From: Eledone cirrhosa
Lineage: Eukaryota
DNA length: 64,000 nt
Reading direction: 5' to 3'
Assembly (NCBI GenBank): GCA_964016885.1
Contig: OZ024742.1
Span: 41,416,001-41,480,000 of the forward strand
The notes below the pieces were generated by a model, which did not search any database, was not told where the DNA came from, and saw only the letters and a list, made by a program, of their open reading frames with translations. Position 1 is the stretch's first letter. Every line of letters starts with the position of its first letter. A program made the translations under genes and the position numbers. Shown here one piece after another: positions 60,649 through 64,000 of the stretch.

Positions 60649-60679
<31 letters not shown>

Positions 60680-60832
60680 GTATATGTATATATATATAGA
60701 TATGTGTGTGTATGTGTGTATGTATATATGTTTATACGTATGTGTGTGTGTGCCTGTGTGTATGTATTTATATATGTATGTATTTGTGTGTGTGTGTATA
60801 TATGTGTGTGTGTGTGGATAAGCCAGGTTTCT

Positions 60833-60891
60833 CTCATCCTGAAGATTGTAGGAAAAATTTTTTTGCTTTTAAGAAACCCTTGGTAAATGGA
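60833..60891 (+). ncRNA. Hammerhead ribozyme, diverged tandem pLTR copy
   Basis: CTGAAGA..GAAACCCTTGGTAAATGG; stems I and II are weakened. Confidence 0.65.
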
Positions 60892-61057
60892 ATAATTGCC
60901 TTATGTTGCTTTAATACTTTACTACTATATATACGTATATGTAAGGTCCTTATGGTTTATCTAAGATTGAGTTTTACATACACACACGCATATACGTGTG
61001 TGTATGCGTATGCATGTGTGTGGGCGTGGTTGTGTATGTGTGTATATGTGTATATGC

Positions 61058-61121
<64 letters not shown>

Positions 61122-61202
61122 ATGTGTGTGTGTATATATGTGTGTGTGTATATATGTGTGTGTGTACATATGTGCGTGTGTATATATTGATAATTGTATA
61201 TG

Positions 61203-61243
<41 letters not shown>

Positions 61244-61645
61244 TTGTGTTCTGTTGTGCGTGTTTATGATATATACGTATTTGTATGTGTATAATTGTTT
61301 AGCTATGTATGTATATGTGTGTGTATGTGCACGTGTGTATATATATGTGTGTGTGTACGTTTGTATTTATGTAATTATATGTGTGCTTATGTATGCATAT
61401 ATGTGTGTGTGTGCATATAGTTGTATACACATGTGTGTGTGTGTATACATTGTACACTTGTGCGTGGTTATGCATGTATGCGTATGTATGCGGTTATGTA
61501 TTTGTATTTGAAAAATTTTTTTTTTTTTTTTTGTGTGAGAGTGTGTAAATGCGTTGACTATTTCGTGCGTATGTATATGTGCTTTTGTGTGTGTGCATGT
61601 TTGTGTATATATGCATGTGTGTGTGTGTGTATGTGTGTGTGTGTA

Positions 61646-61676
<31 letters not shown>

Positions 61677-61711
61677 GTATGCGTGTGTGTATGTAGATAT
61701 GTTTGTGTGTG

Positions 61712-61788
<77 letters not shown>

Positions 61789-62187
61789 ATGAATGTTTGT
61801 ATATGTTTGTTCTTAGAGGAACAAAGGCAGACAGATTTCTGTATTCAGATTGGAGCCAATCCTTATCATTGGCTTTCTCTTTAGCTTACAGGTGTCTGTA
61901 AGATCAGTATGGGGTCAGTCATGGTAGATAGTTTTGGAGGAAGGGGAGATTCCTTAAAAGCTAAATTCTTAAAGGTTCTAGTATATTGACGAAGGGTTAG
62001 GGAATTCTGTGGACAATTTCTAAGTATAATCTATACAACTGTAGCCATAAATTCACGAGACACTTTCAACAGAACATACCCTGAGCGTATGCGCGCATGC
62101 ACGCACACACATGTGTATGGGAGAAATATATTTATATTTGTATACGCGTGCGTGCGTGCGCGCTTACACATGCGCGCTCGCGCGCGC

Positions 62188-62253
<66 letters not shown>

Positions 62254-62388
62254 GTGTATGTGTGGTTGTATGGGTAGTCTTATTTTGTTTTTATTTTTTC
62301 CTTTCCTTCTTCCTTCTCCAGCCTCACTTTCATATAGCTTGCTTTTTTTGTTTTTAAGATCCAAATTCAATAAACAAACCAGGATTTT

Positions 62389-62446
62389 TTCGTTCTGAGG
62401 ATTGAAAGCAAAACCTTTTGCTTTTAAGAAACCACTGGTAAATGGA
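62389..62446 (+). ncRNA. Type I hammerhead ribozyme
   Basis: TTCGTT-CTGAGGA-TTGAAAGCAAA/TTTGCTTTTAA-GAAACCACTGGTA-AATGGA; all three stems pair, with predicted site GUA. Confidence 0.85.
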
Positions 62447-62476
62447 ATAATTGCCTTATGTTGTTTATTACATAAT

Positions 62477-62511
<35 letters not shown>

Positions 62512-62642
62512 GATAAATCTACCAAGAGTTTACGGTAGTGTCCAATCCGTATGAAGAACTCAATGTATTCCGGATATCATGGAAAGAAGAGATGTAATGA
62601 AAAATCACTTTCGGTGAAAGATAAACGGTATACAGAGTCAAG

Positions 62643-63060
62643 ATAAAATATTAAACAAATAATGAATAAAACAATGAAACAGTTCCTTATATTAAACAAA
62701 AAAAGTTCATTATTTAACGATCGTTTCTAGGATATATATGTGTTAGAATTGGCATGCATATTCAACAGATCTATGTACAAAATTATACAAAATTATACAA
62801 ACTATCAAGATTAAATATACATACCAACACATATATACGCCGTCTTCAGAATCTGATTATTTCTGAAGACGGCGTATATATGTGTTGGTATGTATATTTA
62901 ATCTTGATAGTTTGTATAATTTTGTATAATTTTGTACATAGATCTGTTGAATATGCATGCCAATTCTAACACATATATATCCTAGAAACGATCGTTAAAT
63001 AATGAACTTTTTTTGTTTAATATAAGGAACTGTTTCATTGTTTTATTCATTATTTGTTTA

Positions 63061-63069
<9 letters not shown>
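62643..63069. repeat. Perfect 209 bp inverted repeat with a 9 nt spacer
   Basis: 62643-62851 versus 62861-63069. Confidence 0.92.
62856..63003 (+). ncRNA. Hammerhead ribozyme with a very long stem II
   Basis: ATTATTT-CTGAAGA-[115 nt with TATATATGTGTTGG/CTAACACATATATA pairing]-GAAACGATCGTT-AAATAAT. Confidence 0.75.
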
Positions 63070-63127
<58 letters not shown>

Positions 63128-63128
<1 letters not shown>

Positions 63129-64000
63129 GTTATACTTTGGGAGGGTCATGTTGCCAATAAGAAACATACAGGCACCAGTTGCTTTCACTCCAATTTATTA
63201 TAAATTAAATTATAAATTTTTAAATTTATAAATTTCCAGTTGGTTGGTTGGTTCCACAACCGGATGGTTGTTCATATATTGTCAAAGTTCTTTCGTCACA
63301 CATTCTGTGACCTCTTCAGTGACTGGGGATTCTTTTCTTTGTTTGTGCCTCCCTCTCCTTTGTTCTGTCCTACGCCATCTTATTTTTCTGTGTGTTGTGT
63401 GCTTAGTTTGCGCATGTGTAACATCCGAGTGTCGGTGTGTGTTTTTATTTGTTTATTTATTTGGTTATTTACATGTTACTGGTTGGTTGTTTGTTCTATG
63501 TGTGTGTGTTTTCATTTTGTCCTTAATTGTAAGTTGTGATGTTGCTATTCCATTCATGTTTTCTATTTAATTTTGGTTGGAGTTCATTTATGTTTATTGC
63601 CTCTGTGATTTGTCTAAACATTGCGTCTTTTCTGTGTGTAGATTTTATTTTTATTTCTGTTCTCTAATATGCCCTTATGTTCTATTTTAGCATGTTGGTG
63701 GAGTACTGATGATTCTTTTCTATCTTGAAGCTCTCGCCAGTGTTCATTTAATCGTTCTACTATATTACGAGCTGTCTCACCTATGTACAATATATTCTTA
63801 TCTTTACATTGTCCTTCAATACATCTTATGCTATATACTATGTTTCTAGTTTTACAGTTAATATGGGGGCTAAGTTTACAGAATATACATTTCTTATCTA
63901 TACAGGGAGGTTTTTGAAAAGGGTATGTATTACTAATAAGTGTTTTTATGGAGGTACCTGGTCTTTCTACTATCTTAATATTTAGTTTAAGTTTATCTAG
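63128..64000 (-). mobile_element. PLE 3' end: GIY-YIG endonuclease (~63520-64000), 3' UTR and pLTR with HHR at 63281-63323
   Basis: Manual translation gives IVERPG..C..C..C..CKTRNIVYSIRC..YIGETAR..R..EH..RQITEA..LNRKHEW. It is absent from the ORF track and runs off the window. Confidence 0.85.

Larger units (their letters stand above)
58020..62480 (+). mobile_element. Near-complete Naiad-type PLE with inverted 5' pLTR
   Basis: 58020-58217 is the reverse complement of ~62283-62480. RT and EN ORFs are present, HHRs lie in the pLTRs, and the element ends in (TA)n. Confidence 0.92.

Overview
AT-rich eukaryotic intergenic or intronic DNA made almost entirely of repeats. The SINE/LINE complement suggests a mollusc, probably an octopus or other cephalopod (inference only). 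No host gene is supported, and most ORFs in the track are translated microsatellites. The first 18.4 kb is a GC(AT)n microsatellite region interleaved with Penelope-like elements (PLEs) and RTE LINEs. The window holds two nearly complete Naiad-type PLEs (RT plus C-terminal GIY-YIG endonuclease) with inverted 5' pseudo-LTRs (pLTRs), several other PLE fragments and about ten hammerhead ribozyme (HHR) motifs from at least five sequence families. It also holds RTE, CRE, R4-like and CR1 LINE remnants, SINEs, a non-autonomous LTR element with PBS, PPT and TSD, tandem Helitrons, and hAT, piggyBac and Merlin DNA elements. The most provocative observation is that the GC(AT)n arrays join both ends of one PLE exactly at a GCATATAT motif that is also present inside the element's own leader. 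This fits either telomerase-like reiterative synthesis by the PLE RT or sequence-directed targeting of an existing satellite. All calls are by eye; no alignment, folding or database search was run.
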